A DNA stretch of 64,000 nucleotides from an uncultured Acidobacteriota bacterium (GTDB lineage Bacteria; Acidobacteriota; Blastocatellia; RBC074): positions 1,312,001 through 1,376,000 of the forward strand of contig CAWCKY010000006.1 in the NCBI GenBank assembly GCA_963796275.1, given 5' to 3'. The notes under the pieces were generated by a model. The model was not told the origin of the DNA and did no database searches. It was given only the letters and a program-made list of their open reading frames with translations. Positions 44,386-54,865 of this stretch are shown here, in pieces. The first letter of the stretch is position 1. Each line of letters opens with the position of its first letter. The translations under genes and the position numbers were made by a program.

Positions 44386-44417
44386 CCACAAAGGTCACAA
44401 AATTGTGACCTTTGTGG
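44386..44417. terminator. Perfect hairpin between convergent genes (bidirectional terminator or family-A palindrome)
   Basis: CCACAAAGGTCACAA-aa-TTGTGACCTTTGTGG. Confidence 0.6.
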
Positions 44418-44438
44418 CTACTCTTCTTCTTGAAATTC

Positions 44439-47400
44439 TCAGAAGAGGAACTTCAGTGCAAACTGAATTGTTCTAGCCCCTTGTGAGGTCGTGATAAGCC
44501 CCAGTGCGGGCCCCAGACCCGCGGTCGGTGAATTGAGTATTGGCGTGTTTGTGAAGTTGATGAACTCGCTTCTGAATTCCAGACGTTTAGCCTCAGTGAT
44601 AGGGAAGAACTTCTGGAAGCTCAGATCGATAGTGCTCATACCTGGCCCACGGACCGTCCCAACTCCGCACGTTCCGAACGACGCCGGAGCGGCCGGGCCA
44701 TATGCGGTCGGATCAAACCACTGATAACCCTGAAAACCGGGGCCACTCCGCTTCCCAAAAACTTCGCCCGGGGCAATACAGTTGGCGCGGCTGCCCCGAG
44801 AATTGGTCCCCGAAGCGTCGCCTCCCGAGATCGTCAGCGGGAATCCGGTGCGAGCCTGAAAGATGCCGCTGACCTGCCAGTTAGCGATAACCGCATTAGC
44901 TACCGCGTTCAGACTGTCCCCATACTTCTTGCCGCGTCCGACCGGAAGTTCGTAAACGGCATATGCGCTCACCATATTCGTGGAGTCGAAGAACGTCGGC
45001 CCCCACTCCGCCCTGCCATTAAAAACGTTTTGCCAGTAGGGCGAGGACGGAGTCGTCTGCCCTGCCGAACCGTAGTAGCCGATCGAGTTGGTCATCGCCT
45101 TCGAGAAAGTATAGGCCACCTGGAATTGCAGGCCGGCGCTATATCGTTTCTGCAGCGTGGCCTGCAATGCATCGTAACGCTGGTTGCCGTTCGATTCCGT
45201 TCCGGAAATCTGCCCGATGCTCGCCAGCTCTGGATTGCCTGACAGGTAGGGACTCGGAGCGGTTATCGGTGTTCCGGCAGCATTGCTGCCCAGCAGTTGG
45301 CGCTGGAAATACGGCATAGGAACCATGAGGTGCGTACCGTGTTGACCGACATATCCCACCTGGAGCGTCATATCCTTGGCGAATTGATGCTGCACGGACA
45401 GGTTCCATTGCTGCACCACGGCCGGTCTGACATTCGGGTCCCACAATCGAATGACCGCGCCGGAAAACGGGTCGGACGGAGATTGCAGGACTGTCAGCCC
45501 CTGATCCGTGGTTGAACCCGGCAACGCGCCCGTGTAGTTGGTGTTGAACTCGGTGGTGAACGGCGGATTGAGCGGCAGGCGCAGGTTAGTGCCTGTTCCT
45601 TCGAAATAGGAGGAGATCGTATAGGCTCCGCGGATCACGGTATTACTCCCCAGAGCATCGGGGGTCCAGGCGAATCCGATGCGCGGCTGGAAGTTTCCTA
45701 TCGATGTGTAGGTGTGGTTGTACAGGGCACGGTTGTTGTCGTAGATGGTGGCAGGTGTGGTGCAACCCAGATCTGGTCTGCCTTCACCCGCACACTGCAC
45801 AGCGCCGCTGATCGGAGCGAAGTTGACCTGACGATCAAACACCTCGACCCAAGGCGTGTATGCTTCGTACCGCATCCCGAGATTGAGGGTCAGCGATTTT
45901 GTCGCCCTCCAGTCGTCATGGAAGTATGCGCCGAAGACGTTCGAGCGATGTCCCCAGCTTCCCGTATCGACGCCGCGTCCGAGCGTGTCGGGCAATCCCA
46001 GAATGAAGTCTGCTTCGCCCCTGCCGGCAGTGTTGCCGGCAACATCGAGCGGGTCGGGTCCTGCCGTGAATCGACCGGAGTAGATCATCCGTCCCGTGCG
46101 CCCGTTGTTGCCTGCATAGAAGGTGTTCAGGCGGTTCCTCTTGTACTGGAAGCCGGTATGGAAGATATGCTGACCGTGAGTGATGATCAGCGAATCCTCG
46201 AACTGAATCACCGTATTAGCGAAAAGCTGCTGATCACCGATGTTGAGACTGCCGATATTCGTGGCTCGCGCCGCGGTGAATTCAAGGGAGAGAAGCCCGG
46301 GGCCGCGATCATTGCCGTCCGCGATGCCCAGCTGATCAGCGACATTACCCAATCCGTTGTCGGTCCCGCCATTATTGACCAGCGTATAGTTAATGCCAAA
46401 CCTGGCCTCGTTGACCACTCTCGGATTGATCGTCCGCGTCCAGTTGGCGACGCCATTGCGAGAGGGAGCGAGGAAGAAAGTGTCAAATATGAGCGGGAAC
46501 GTATTGTTCCCGTTGGTTTCCTGGCGGCTCTGCGAATATCGCCCGAAGATGTGGTCCTTCTGTGACAGATTGTAATCGATCTTGATATCACCCTGATCGG
46601 TGGAAGTGGAAGTCCGCACAGTATTGGATTGATTCAGCTCGAGTTGATCGTTGATCGGCGCCGGATAGAGGCTCGGATTATTGAACAGATTCTGTGCCAC
46701 CGGATCGATCATCCCCGCCGGGATTCGATTAAATGCAAAAGGTACGCGGTCGCCGCTGGCGTCGGTTTGAAACGGGTTGTAAAGCTGCGTACCCATGCCG
46801 GGCTGGCAAACTCCGGCTGCATCGAATGCAGTACAGATCGCCGAGAAATCGCCCTGCCGTTGGGCATTGGTGAAGACGGTGATCGCTGTAGGCGCGGGGG
46901 AGATGTTTCGCAGTCCCTGATAGTCGGCGAAGAAGAAGAGCCGGTCCTTGATGATCGGGCCGCCGATGCTTCCGCCGAACTGATTCCAGCGCTGCGTTGG
47001 CTTATCCAATCCTGAGAAGTTGTTGCTCCAACTGTTGGCGTTCAAAACGTCGTTGCGGAAAAACTCGAAGGCGCTGCCGTGAAATTCGTTAGTCCCCGAC
47101 TTGATCGTCACGCTGATGATGCCGCCCTGGAAGTTTCCGAACTCCGCTGAAGCATTGTTGGTGATCAGATTGAACTCCTGAATAGCGTCCGGACTCGGCG
47201 TATAACCTACCAGGTTATCGGAAACCTGGTTATTGTCCATGCCATCCAGTATGAAGTTATTGGCCTGCTCGCGATTTCCGTTGATGTAGGGTCGACCGCT
47301 GTTGGCCGATGTCTGCGCGCCGGTCAGCGTCATTGGATTCGGGTTGACGCTGCCGGGTGCCAGGAGGGTCAACTGGATATAGTTTCTTGATGCCAGCGGC

Positions 47401-47885
47401 AGCGTGACATTGGTTCTGGAATCGATCACGGTTCCCAGCTGCGTCGTTTCGGTTTGAAGCAGAGGTGCAATCGCGCCGATGACCTCCGTGGTCTGAGTGT
47501 ATTCGCCGACCTCCATTTTGAAATCCAGCCGTGCCGTCTGGTTGATCTCCAGCTGAACGCCGGGACGAACTAACGTTCGGAACCCCTGGTTTTCGATCCG
47601 TATTTCATAACTGGCTACCGGTAAACGCGGCAGATTAAAGACTCCTTCAGAGTTGGTTTCGGTTGCCCATACAGTACCGCGCGCTTCATCTTTTGCGATC
47701 ACCTTGGCTTTGATAATCGGAGCATCGTTTTGATCCGTGACTCTGCCCAGAAGAGCGGCAGTGACCTGCTGACTCAGGGCTGGAATGGGAGCTATGATCA
47801 GGATTGCAATGAGCGCGAGAAAAACCCTGATTTGCTCACTTCGGTTCTTCATCGTTTCTCCTCTCGAATTCGTGGATAGTGACAA
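44439..47885 (-). CDS. TonB-dependent receptor (Oar type)
   Basis: Signal peptide; LPLASRNYIQL, ASAEFG, KSGTNEFHG and NFQPRIGFAW motifs; C-terminal QFALKFLF. Start may be 47852. Confidence 0.92.
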   Translation of the reverse strand: MSLSTNSRGETMKNRSEQIRVFLALIAILIIAPIPALSQQVTAALLGRVTDQNDAPIIKAKVIAKDEARGTVWATETNSEGVFNLPRLPVASYEIRIENQGFRTLVRPGVQLEINQTARLDFKMEVGEYTQTTEVIGAIAPLLQTETTQLGTVIDSRTNVTLPLASRNYIQLTLLAPGSVNPNPMTLTGAQTSANSGRPYINGNREQANNFILDGMDNNQVSDNLVGYTPSPDAIQEFNLITNNASAEFGNFQGGIISVTIKSGTNEFHGSAFEFFRNDVLNANSWSNNFSGLDKPTQRWNQFGGSIGGPIIKDRLFFFADYQGLRNISPAPTAITVFTNAQRQGDFSAICTAFDAAGVCQPGMGTQLYNPFQTDASGDRVPFAFNRIPAGMIDPVAQNLFNNPSLYPAPINDQLELNQSNTVRTSTSTDQGDIKIDYNLSQKDHIFGRYSQSRQETNGNNTFPLIFDTFFLAPSRNGVANWTRTINPRVVNEARFGINYTLVNNGGTDNGLGNVADQLGIADGNDRGPGLLSLEFTAARATNIGSLNIGDQQLFANTVIQFEDSLIITHGQHIFHTGFQYKRNRLNTFYAGNNGRTGRMIYSGRFTAGPDPLDVAGNTAGRGEADFILGLPDTLGRGVDTGSWGHRSNVFGAYFHDDWRATKSLTLNLGMRYEAYTPWVEVFDRQVNFAPISGAVQCAGEGRPDLGCTTPATIYDNNRALYNHTYTSIGNFQPRIGFAWTPDALGSNTVIRGAYTISSYFEGTGTNLRLPLNPPFTTEFNTNYTGALPGSTTDQGLTVLQSPSDPFSGAVIRLWDPNVRPAVVQQWNLSVQHQFAKDMTLQVGYVGQHGTHLMVPMPYFQRQLLGSNAAGTPITAPSPYLSGNPELASIGQISGTESNGNQRYDALQATLQKRYSAGLQFQVAYTFSKAMTNSIGYYGSAGQTTPSSPYWQNVFNGRAEWGPTFFDSTNMVSAYAVYELPVGRGKKYGDSLNAVANAVIANWQVSGIFQARTGFPLTISGGDASGTNSRGSRANCIAPGEVFGKRSGPGFQGYQWFDPTAYGPAAPASFGTCGVGTVRGPGMSTIDLSFQKFFPITEAKRLEFRSEFINFTNTPILNSPTAGLGPALGLITTSQGARTIQFALKFLF

Positions 47886-48415
47886 AATCCGAGCACATTA
47901 TTGGTCCTTCGGTTTCACCCGCAGACCGATCCCGCAGACCGATCGCGATGCGATGGATACACGCGGAGCAAATTCCGCGGTCATCCGTCACTTCTCAGTC
48001 GATCTGCGGTGACATTTTTTTCAAAGTTCAAGGGCTCGATTTTGGTTTGATTTTTATCTCTTTACTGCTTCCTACCATCCCAGCATAGCCAGCCTTCTCA
48101 AAATGAGAGTAATAATAATTAGGATTGTTTTCGGCCAGTTTCGTTCTTGATCGAAAATCGGAGACTGGAAAAATGCCACGGGGGAGTAGCGAGAAATTGT
48201 TTATTTCTGGAGTCCCACCGCTTCCCCGTGGTGAATCTGCTCCAAATTTCTGCTTTTCGATTTAGACATCCTATTAGAGTCGGGTCAATGCTATTACTGT
48301 AAATTAACAAGTTAATGGGTGCCATTAACATGTTTGTTTTTGAGAGATTTAGGGATTGCAGATGCCTTGCCTGTTGACGAATTTGTAAGGATAATGAGTT
48401 GGGGTCATTCTTGAT

Positions 48416-49765
48416 ATGGCTGTTCAATCGACAAAACATGCGCTCGAAATAATGAATGAGGACGAGGTTCGCCAGACCCTGGAAAGGGTTCTGAATAGTA
48501 AATATTTCGTGCATGCGCATAAGAAGAGACAATTTTTAAACATTGTCAGTAATTTCTATCTGAATGGACGTGCTCACGAGCTCAATGAATACGTGCTCGC
48601 ATATGATGTCTTCGGACGAGACAACACATACAATCCTTCAGCTGATCCGATAGTTCGAGTTGTTGCTCACGAAATCCGCAAAAAGTTGGAGAGTTATTAT
48701 CAGAATGAAGGCGCGGGAGACGATATTCGGATGGAACTTCCGGCGGGCAGCTACCAACCGGTCTTTTCCCGCCAGCAACTTCCGCCGGCAGACGAGATAA
48801 AAAACGTCTCGATACCGGTCGAAACAACGATACAAACGTCGCCCGACCGCCAGCCTATGAATCTCGGGATAATCGTCCTGTCCTTTGTTTGTCTGGCTCT
48901 GGCGGCAACGGTAATCGTCCTCGCACTGGTGAACCGAGCGCTCAGAGCGAAACCGGCTGCTACCCGTAATGCCTCCGTCTATGGTGTTGTCTGGGAGAGT
49001 TTTCTGACTGATGCGACTCCGCCCGTGGTCGTTCTGAGCAATCCATTGGTACCGCGCCTTTCCAATGCGCACGAGCCGGAAATACTCCTCAAAGAGTCAG
49101 TGCCGCTTTCGCCAGGGGCGATCAAGGCGTTAAAGGATAAGCTGATCACCAATCCGCAGACGCTCGTCGGTGAATCGAGGGTTAAATTTCAAAATAACAC
49201 CAGACTGATTATCAGCAACCATAATCTTACGGGCCTGGGCGAAGCCATCGGGCTTCATTACCTGACCAATTTTTTCCGTGATGTGAATCGAGAGATCGCC
49301 CTCAAACAGAGCCGCACGCTCAGCGCGGAAGACCTGAAGAATCGCAATGTCATAATGCTGGGGGGCGCGTGGGTGAATGATTGGTCGGGTAAGCTTCCGG
49401 ATGATGAGGATTTCGCTTACAGCGTAAACGCCACTATTTTGAATCGGAACCCGCAACCGGGCGAGGAGCGTGAATATGTTCCCCAGTTTGACAGCCGCAC
49501 TGGAGGGCTTCTGACCGACTACGCTCTCATTACTATCAAACCGAACCTGACAGCGGCCAATAAGGTCATGGTGCTCTCGGGGATTTATAGTCAGGGTACG
49601 GAAGCCGCTGTCGAGTTTGTCACCGTCAGGAACTTCTTGAAGCAGATCAATCAGCGGCTCGAACAGTCTAAGATGTCGGATCATTTTCAGGCTCTACTCA
49701 AGGTAGGTGTAGAGAATGGAATACCGACTACCATCTCGATCCTCGCGCTTCATAAATTACCATAG
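48416..49765 (+). CDS. Single-pass membrane protein with an N-terminal winged-helix-like domain (putative ToxR/CadC-like regulator)
   Basis: N-domain LERVLNSKYF...EYVLAYDVFGR...DPIVRV..EIRKKL..YY...LPAGSYQPVF, one TM helix, then a periplasmic domain. Confidence 0.7.
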   Translation: MAVQSTKHALEIMNEDEVRQTLERVLNSKYFVHAHKKRQFLNIVSNFYLNGRAHELNEYVLAYDVFGRDNTYNPSADPIVRVVAHEIRKKLESYYQNEGAGDDIRMELPAGSYQPVFSRQQLPPADEIKNVSIPVETTIQTSPDRQPMNLGIIVLSFVCLALAATVIVLALVNRALRAKPAATRNASVYGVVWESFLTDATPPVVVLSNPLVPRLSNAHEPEILLKESVPLSPGAIKALKDKLITNPQTLVGESRVKFQNNTRLIISNHNLTGLGEAIGLHYLTNFFRDVNREIALKQSRTLSAEDLKNRNVIMLGGAWVNDWSGKLPDDEDFAYSVNATILNRNPQPGEEREYVPQFDSRTGGLLTDYALITIKPNLTAANKVMVLSGIYSQGTEAAVEFVTVRNFLKQINQRLEQSKMSDHFQALLKVGVENGIPTTISILALHKLP

Positions 49766-49864
49766 CGTGTACTCTTCCTTCAGCCGTCGTACAAAAGGGG
49801 TTTCGCGGCTGTTCTCATGCGCTTCAAGAAGCATTTAAAATTCGCGCTCCGGCAGCATGCAGAT

Positions 49865-51100
49865 CTAGAAGATCACCACCATTGCTCCCTCGGGTATTCG
49901 ATCATAGAAACTGCGAATATCGCGAATGTGCATAACCACACAACCCCAGGACAGATGGCGCGGGCCGTTATTATTCCACTCGTTTATCCAACCGTGAAAA
50001 CCTATGCCTCCGCCTAGTCTCGTGCTCTCCATTGTGGGGGCGCGTTTTTCCCAGCTAGCGCTGATTTTTGTCTCCTGCTCGGTAGAGATCACATTATCTG
50101 CCTTGCCCCACGCGGCATCGTACTTATTCGGATAATTGAATTTGATCCAATGGCCGCCATAGTATTTTCCATATTCACCATCGAAATGGCCGCGATGCTT
50201 ATGAATGACGAAATACATTCCTTTCGGGGTTTTATTATCTCCCTGCTTGCGTTTCTGTCCCTTGCTCTGACCGAAGCTGACATCATACTCACCCTGCCTT
50301 TTACCCTTTTCGTAAAGCCGCATCTTATAGCTCGCCTGGTCTACCAGGACAAGCGTAGCTTCCTGCTGCGGCACGAATAGTTTGCGGTGATCGTTGATGA
50401 ACTCTGTGGGAGCGGCGTAGTGTTTGCCTACCCAGGCAACATCTTTCCCGTCCGATGATGGCCAGTATGTGGGCGAAAGTGTTTCATTCAATCTGAGCTC
50501 AAGATGTAAATGTGCCTTGAAGAGTTTCTCCGGGTCTTGCCCGATGCTGGCGATCAGCTGTCGCCTGCGCACGTCCTGCCCGCTTTGTACTTTTATCTCT
50601 AATAGGTGGGCATAGAGTGAACGAATTTTTCGTTTCTCGTAATTCTCATAATATGTATGCTCGATAATGATCACATTTCCCCAAAGCCTGCCGCAATGCG
50701 CGGCAAAGATCACCCGCCCGTTTGCCACCGCGTAGACGTCTTGTCCGAGGTCTGTATCTCCTCCGCCTGCGCCATTCCAGTCTTCACCAGGATGAATTCC
50801 GAGACTATATTCTTCGGCAAACCGTGTGGCGACATACCAACCGTTATGCTGCTTACCGGTCGCTTTATCTGTATAAAATCCTTCGCCCTCAGCATCTCCA
50901 ACCGGGAAATCGAAGCCGTCCGCGGGTGGAGCTTCAGCGTTAATATATTCGTCAAAGACATTAGCATTTGGGCGCGAAGGATGTGTTGGATTCGGTTGAA
51001 TCCCGTGGGAATTGGTACAGGCACTCGTAAAGAGCGCCGAGGCTAAGGACAAATAAATTATGATGAGATCACTGTGCCTGTTCACAATTGTCATAAGCAT
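49865..51100 (-). CDS. Lipoprotein fusing an M23 peptidase with a YkuD (L,D-transpeptidase-like) domain
   Basis: Lipobox FTSA-C. M23 motifs HPGED, YAHL and HLH; YkuD motifs GDNKTPKG, IGFHG and SWGCV. Confidence 0.85.
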   Translation of the reverse strand: MLMTIVNRHSDLIIIYLSLASALFTSACTNSHGIQPNPTHPSRPNANVFDEYINAEAPPADGFDFPVGDAEGEGFYTDKATGKQHNGWYVATRFAEEYSLGIHPGEDWNGAGGGDTDLGQDVYAVANGRVIFAAHCGRLWGNVIIIEHTYYENYEKRKIRSLYAHLLEIKVQSGQDVRRRQLIASIGQDPEKLFKAHLHLELRLNETLSPTYWPSSDGKDVAWVGKHYAAPTEFINDHRKLFVPQQEATLVLVDQASYKMRLYEKGKRQGEYDVSFGQSKGQKRKQGDNKTPKGMYFVIHKHRGHFDGEYGKYYGGHWIKFNYPNKYDAAWGKADNVISTEQETKISASWEKRAPTMESTRLGGGIGFHGWINEWNNNGPRHLSWGCVVMHIRDIRSFYDRIPEGAMVVIF

Positions 51101-51156
51101 AGATTATGCTCCAAACTCATTTGTCTCACATCGTCGATAATGCTTTTATCTATATT

Positions 51157-52693
51157 ATGACTGATCATAATGCTAAACAGCCGGTAACGCCTAAGGATGC
51201 CGCGGCCATGATTTTATTACGAAATCATGATGACCCGCAGGTATTTCTGGTGAAGCGGGCGAAGACCCTCGCTTTCATGGCGAATTATTACGCATTTCCC
51301 GGTGGCCAGCGTGATGCTGGCGACGCCGAAACCCCGGTTCTCAACGGTGATGGCATCGATGATGTCGTAATGCGCGTCTGCGCCATCAGAGAGCTGTTCG
51401 AAGAGACGGGGGTCTTGATTGCCAGGGGAGCGGAGGGCATGCCGGCAAAAAAGCTCAATACCCTACGTCACGAACTGAATTCGGACCAAACATCTTTCAA
51501 AGATTTGCTCGCGCGCCAAGGCCTGGCGCTCGATGCCAATCTGTTGGTCGAGGCGCCCCGCTGGGTGACGCCGGCGCATTCGCCGCGCCGCTACAACACG
51601 CGGTTCTTTGCCGCCTGGCTTCCGAAAGGCCAGGAGACCGAGGTCATTCCGGGTGAGCTGGAGCGGGGCGAATGGCTACGTCCCAAAGAGGCTCTGCAGC
51701 GGTGGGTCGACGGCGATTGTACCATCGTCACACCGATCGTTTTCGCACTGAAGGCTTTGGCTGAAGGCGTGGATGATTTCACCCGAAGAATGTATGCGGT
51801 CTCACAGCAGGAGCGCGACCATCTCGAGACGCGGATAGAGATGTGCTACGGCTTTTTCCTATGCCCATTGCGCACGCCGACGCTGCCGCCCGCGACGCAT
51901 ACCAACTGCTACCTTATCGGCGGCGATCAAATGGTTATCGTCAGATCCCGGTTCGCCCTATCCCGATCAGCAGGAACTGCTCGACGAGGTAATCGTTCGG
52001 TTTCTCGCGCAGGGCAGAGCGATGCGCGAGATCATCGTCACCCATCTTCATCAGGACCATATCGGCGGCGTCATGCATCTTTCCCAAAAATTCAATCTGC
52101 CCGTCGCCGCGCACCGGATGACGGCTGAAGCGATAAAAGATGAAGTCCGCGTCGATCGCCTGATCGAAGATGGGGACCTGATCGAGATCAACGAGGCAGG
52201 AACAGGGGTCGCGTGGCGGTTGCGTGCGATGTGGACTCCGGGGCACGCGCGCGGCCATCTCAGCCTCTATGAAGACCGAACCGGGACGCTGTTGACGGGA
52301 GATTGCGTAGTCGGCTTCGGCACAGTCGTAATCGCCCCTCCCGAAGGGGACATGAGAGATTACCTCGTTTCACTGCGGAGGTTCCTCGCACTGCCGAGAT
52401 TGACCTCTTTGATGCCGGGACATGGCCCGGTGCTCGTCGACGCGCGCGGCAAAATCGAAGAATATATCGCGCATCGCATCGATCGCGAGGCGCAGATCGT
52501 CGAGGTGATGATGAATGGCGATCGCGAAATTCCCGCGATCGTCAAAGCCATTTACACCGACGTGCCCGAGGCAATGCATAAATTGGCGGAGATGTCGGTG
52601 CTCGCTCATCTTGAAAAGCTTATGAGCGAGGGACGAGTTATACGAAGAGGGGAAAAATTCGAATTGTTTGACGATCCACAAATGCGATTTTAG
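51157..52693 (+). CDS. NUDIX + metallo-beta-lactamase fold fusion, with one frameshift
   Basis: FPGG...[15 protein letters not shown] box; [21 protein letters not shown] and PGHG MBL motifs. Extra A at 51943 in VIV-DPG. Confidence 0.85.
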
Positions 52694-52759
52694 AATGTGG
52701 GTTTATAAGTTAAGCTTGTTGGTTCGCAGTGTCTTCAAAAGCACTCCGTAAATATAGCG

Positions 52760-52856
52760 CGTTCGCCGCCGAAGGCAGAGGACGCTGAGGTCGCGCAGAA
52801 AAAAACTGGTTTATAAAGTTTCCCTCTGCGTTTTCCTTCTGTCCCTCAGCGGTGAG
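52760..52856. repeat. Degenerate CGCAGAG/CTCTGCG inverted element
   Basis: GCAGAGGACGCTGAGG...CTCTGCG...CTCAGCGGTGA; a related element lies at about 57510-57592. Confidence 0.5.
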
Positions 52857-52894
52857 CCGGTTATCATCCATCAAACAAAGAAAAGGGTGTCATT

Positions 52895-54232
52895 ATGTTC
52901 CCGCGCTCGCATTGTCTGTTTCTCTCACTTTGCTTCATCGGGCTCATCCTGTCGACCGTTGCGCCGCCACTATCGAGCGCGCAATCGCAATATCGGCCGA
53001 CACCGGAGAACCTGGAAGCGCGACGATGGTTCCAGGATGCGAAATTCGGCCTCTTCATTCATTGGGGAGTTTACAGCGTGCTCGGAAAGGGCGAATGGGT
53101 GATGAATAATGACAAGATGGCGATCAGCGAGTACGAGAAATTGCCGGCGCAATTCAATCCCACGGAATTCGATCCGGCCCAATGGGTCGGATTGGCGAAA
53201 GCTGCGGGGATGAAGTACATCACGATCACGAGCAAGCACCACGATGGATTCGCGATGTTCGATTCAAAACTCACTGATTGGGATATCGTAGACCGCACGC
53301 CTTACAAAAAAGATGTGCTCAAATTGCTCGCCGAGGAATGCCGGAAACAGGAGATAAAGCTGTTTTTCTACCACTCACAACTCGACTGGCGCTGTCCCGA
53401 TTATTTTCCGCGCGGGCGGACGGGGCTGACGGCGGGCCGACCTGAAAGCGGCGAGTGGTTCAAGTATCTCGATTTCATGGACGGCCAGCTCAAAGAACTT
53501 TTGACGAATTACGGGCCCATCGGTGGGATCTGGTTTGATGGAATGTGGGACAAGCCGGATGCTGACTGGCGGCTTGGACAGACCTACAAGCTGATTCATG
53601 ATCTGCAGCCGGCGGCGCTCGTAGGATCTAATCATCACTTGAAGCCGTTCCCCGGCGAAGATTTTCAGATGTTCGAGAAGGATCTGCCCGGGCAGAAGAC
53701 CTCGAGCTTCAACGAAAAGTCGGAGATCGGAGATCTGCCGCTCGAAACCTGCGAGACGATCAACGGGGCGTGGGGTTACAATGCTGATGATAAAAAGTTC
53801 AAAAGCACCAAAGATCTGATTCATTATCTCGTGCGCGCCGCCGGATACGGCGCCAACTTCTTACTCAATGTCGGCCCGATGCCTGACGGTAGAATTCAGC
53901 CAGAGTTTGCCACCCGCTTGAAAGAGGTGGGACAGTGGTTGGAGAAGAATGGAGAATCGATCTACGGCACGCGCGGCGGTCCGCTAACTCCGCGCCCGTG
54001 GGGCGTGACCACGAGAAAGGGAAATAAGGTCTATCTTCATCTTATCAATTGGCAGGACCCGGTCTTGTCGATGCCGAAAATGCCGCAGAAGGTCAAATCA
54101 GCGAAGTTTCTCAAAGACGGTAGCAAAGTCGAATTTCTCGAACACGACAAATACGGGTTCTTCGTCAGAATCCCGCAGAACGCCATAGATGAGATCGACA
54201 CAATCGTTGTGCTCGAACTCGCCGGGAGCTAA
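52895..54232 (+). CDS. Alpha-L-fucosidase (GH29)
   Basis: WFQDAKFGLFIHWG, SKHHDGF, IWFDG and NFLLNVGP motifs; signal peptide. Confidence 0.93.
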   Translation: MFPRSHCLFLSLCFIGLILSTVAPPLSSAQSQYRPTPENLEARRWFQDAKFGLFIHWGVYSVLGKGEWVMNNDKMAISEYEKLPAQFNPTEFDPAQWVGLAKAAGMKYITITSKHHDGFAMFDSKLTDWDIVDRTPYKKDVLKLLAEECRKQEIKLFFYHSQLDWRCPDYFPRGRTGLTAGRPESGEWFKYLDFMDGQLKELLTNYGPIGGIWFDGMWDKPDADWRLGQTYKLIHDLQPAALVGSNHHLKPFPGEDFQMFEKDLPGQKTSSFNEKSEIGDLPLETCETINGAWGYNADDKKFKSTKDLIHYLVRAAGYGANFLLNVGPMPDGRIQPEFATRLKEVGQWLEKNGESIYGTRGGPLTPRPWGVTTRKGNKVYLHLINWQDPVLSMPKMPQKVKSAKFLKDGSKVEFLEHDKYGFFVRIPQNAIDEIDTIVVLELAGS

Positions 54233-54268
54233 CCGGCATAATCAAAATAAATTGGAGGCATATATTAA

Positions 54269-54397
54269 ATGGGTAGAGGAGATCAAAGAACCAAACGAGG
54301 CAAGATCAGCCGAGGCACAAAAGGCAAAACACGCCCGAGCCCGAGGCGAAAGCGGAGAACGAAAGCAGCCAGGAAATCGGCAACCCCCGCTAGCTAG
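54269..54397 (+). CDS. thx: 30S ribosomal protein THX (bTHX)
   Basis: MGRGDQRTKRGKISRGTKGKTRPSPRRKRRTKAARKSATPAS matches the G(K/R)GDxRT(R/K)RGKIxxG(T/S)xGKxRP pattern. GGAGG RBS upstream. Below the ORF-track size cutoff. Confidence 0.9.
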   Translation: MGRGDQRTKRGKISRGTKGKTRPSPRRKRRTKAARKSATPAS

Positions 54398-54539
54398 CCG
54401 CGTCAAGCGTAGAGCAGACGAAACATACGGAATAAGCGAAACATACGATAATTATCAAGCTTTCTTCGTGGTCGCTTATTTCGCTGTTTCGTAGCCCCTA
54501 TCACGTAAAATCCCTGGCATTTTTTTTCAATGACAACTC

Positions 54540-54573
54540 AAAAAAATAACCCGCCGTGTTTCAACGACGGGTT
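54540..54573 (-). terminator. Rho-independent terminator for the minus-strand small ORF
   Basis: A-tract followed by an AACCCGCCGT/ACGACGGGTT hairpin. Confidence 0.6.
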
Positions 54574-54634
54574 GATAAGGAGAGAGAAAAGTAACTGGAG
54601 GGTTCTCTCCAGACTCTAGAATGACCAAGAAAAA

Positions 54635-54865
54635 TTAGTTCCTCTTCCTGTCGCCACCTTTTTTTCCATCCCGGGGTTTATTCTTATCTGACTTATCACC
54701 ACCGCCCCTTTTGTCGCCTTTTTCTTTCGGCCGTTCACGTGGTTTATCGCGGCGTTGATCTTCATTAGGATGAGCGACTCCGGTATCGGTATGAGCGACT
54801 CCGGTAAAAACCAGCGTCATACTTAAAAAGAATATTGCGGCTATATTTTTTATTATTTTCATCAT
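54635..54865 (-). CDS. Small secreted Lys/Arg/Asp-rich protein
   Basis: Signal peptide ending GVA, GGGGAG RBS, and its own terminator. Confidence 0.65.
   Translation of the reverse strand: MMKIIKNIAAIFFLSMTLVFTGVAHTDTGVAHPNEDQRRDKPRERPKEKGDKRGGGDKSDKNKPRDGKKGGDRKRN

Noticed and set aside
54189-54494. 101-aa ORF in the track
   Set aside because: Alternative frame over the THX gene, which has the RBS and the family signature.
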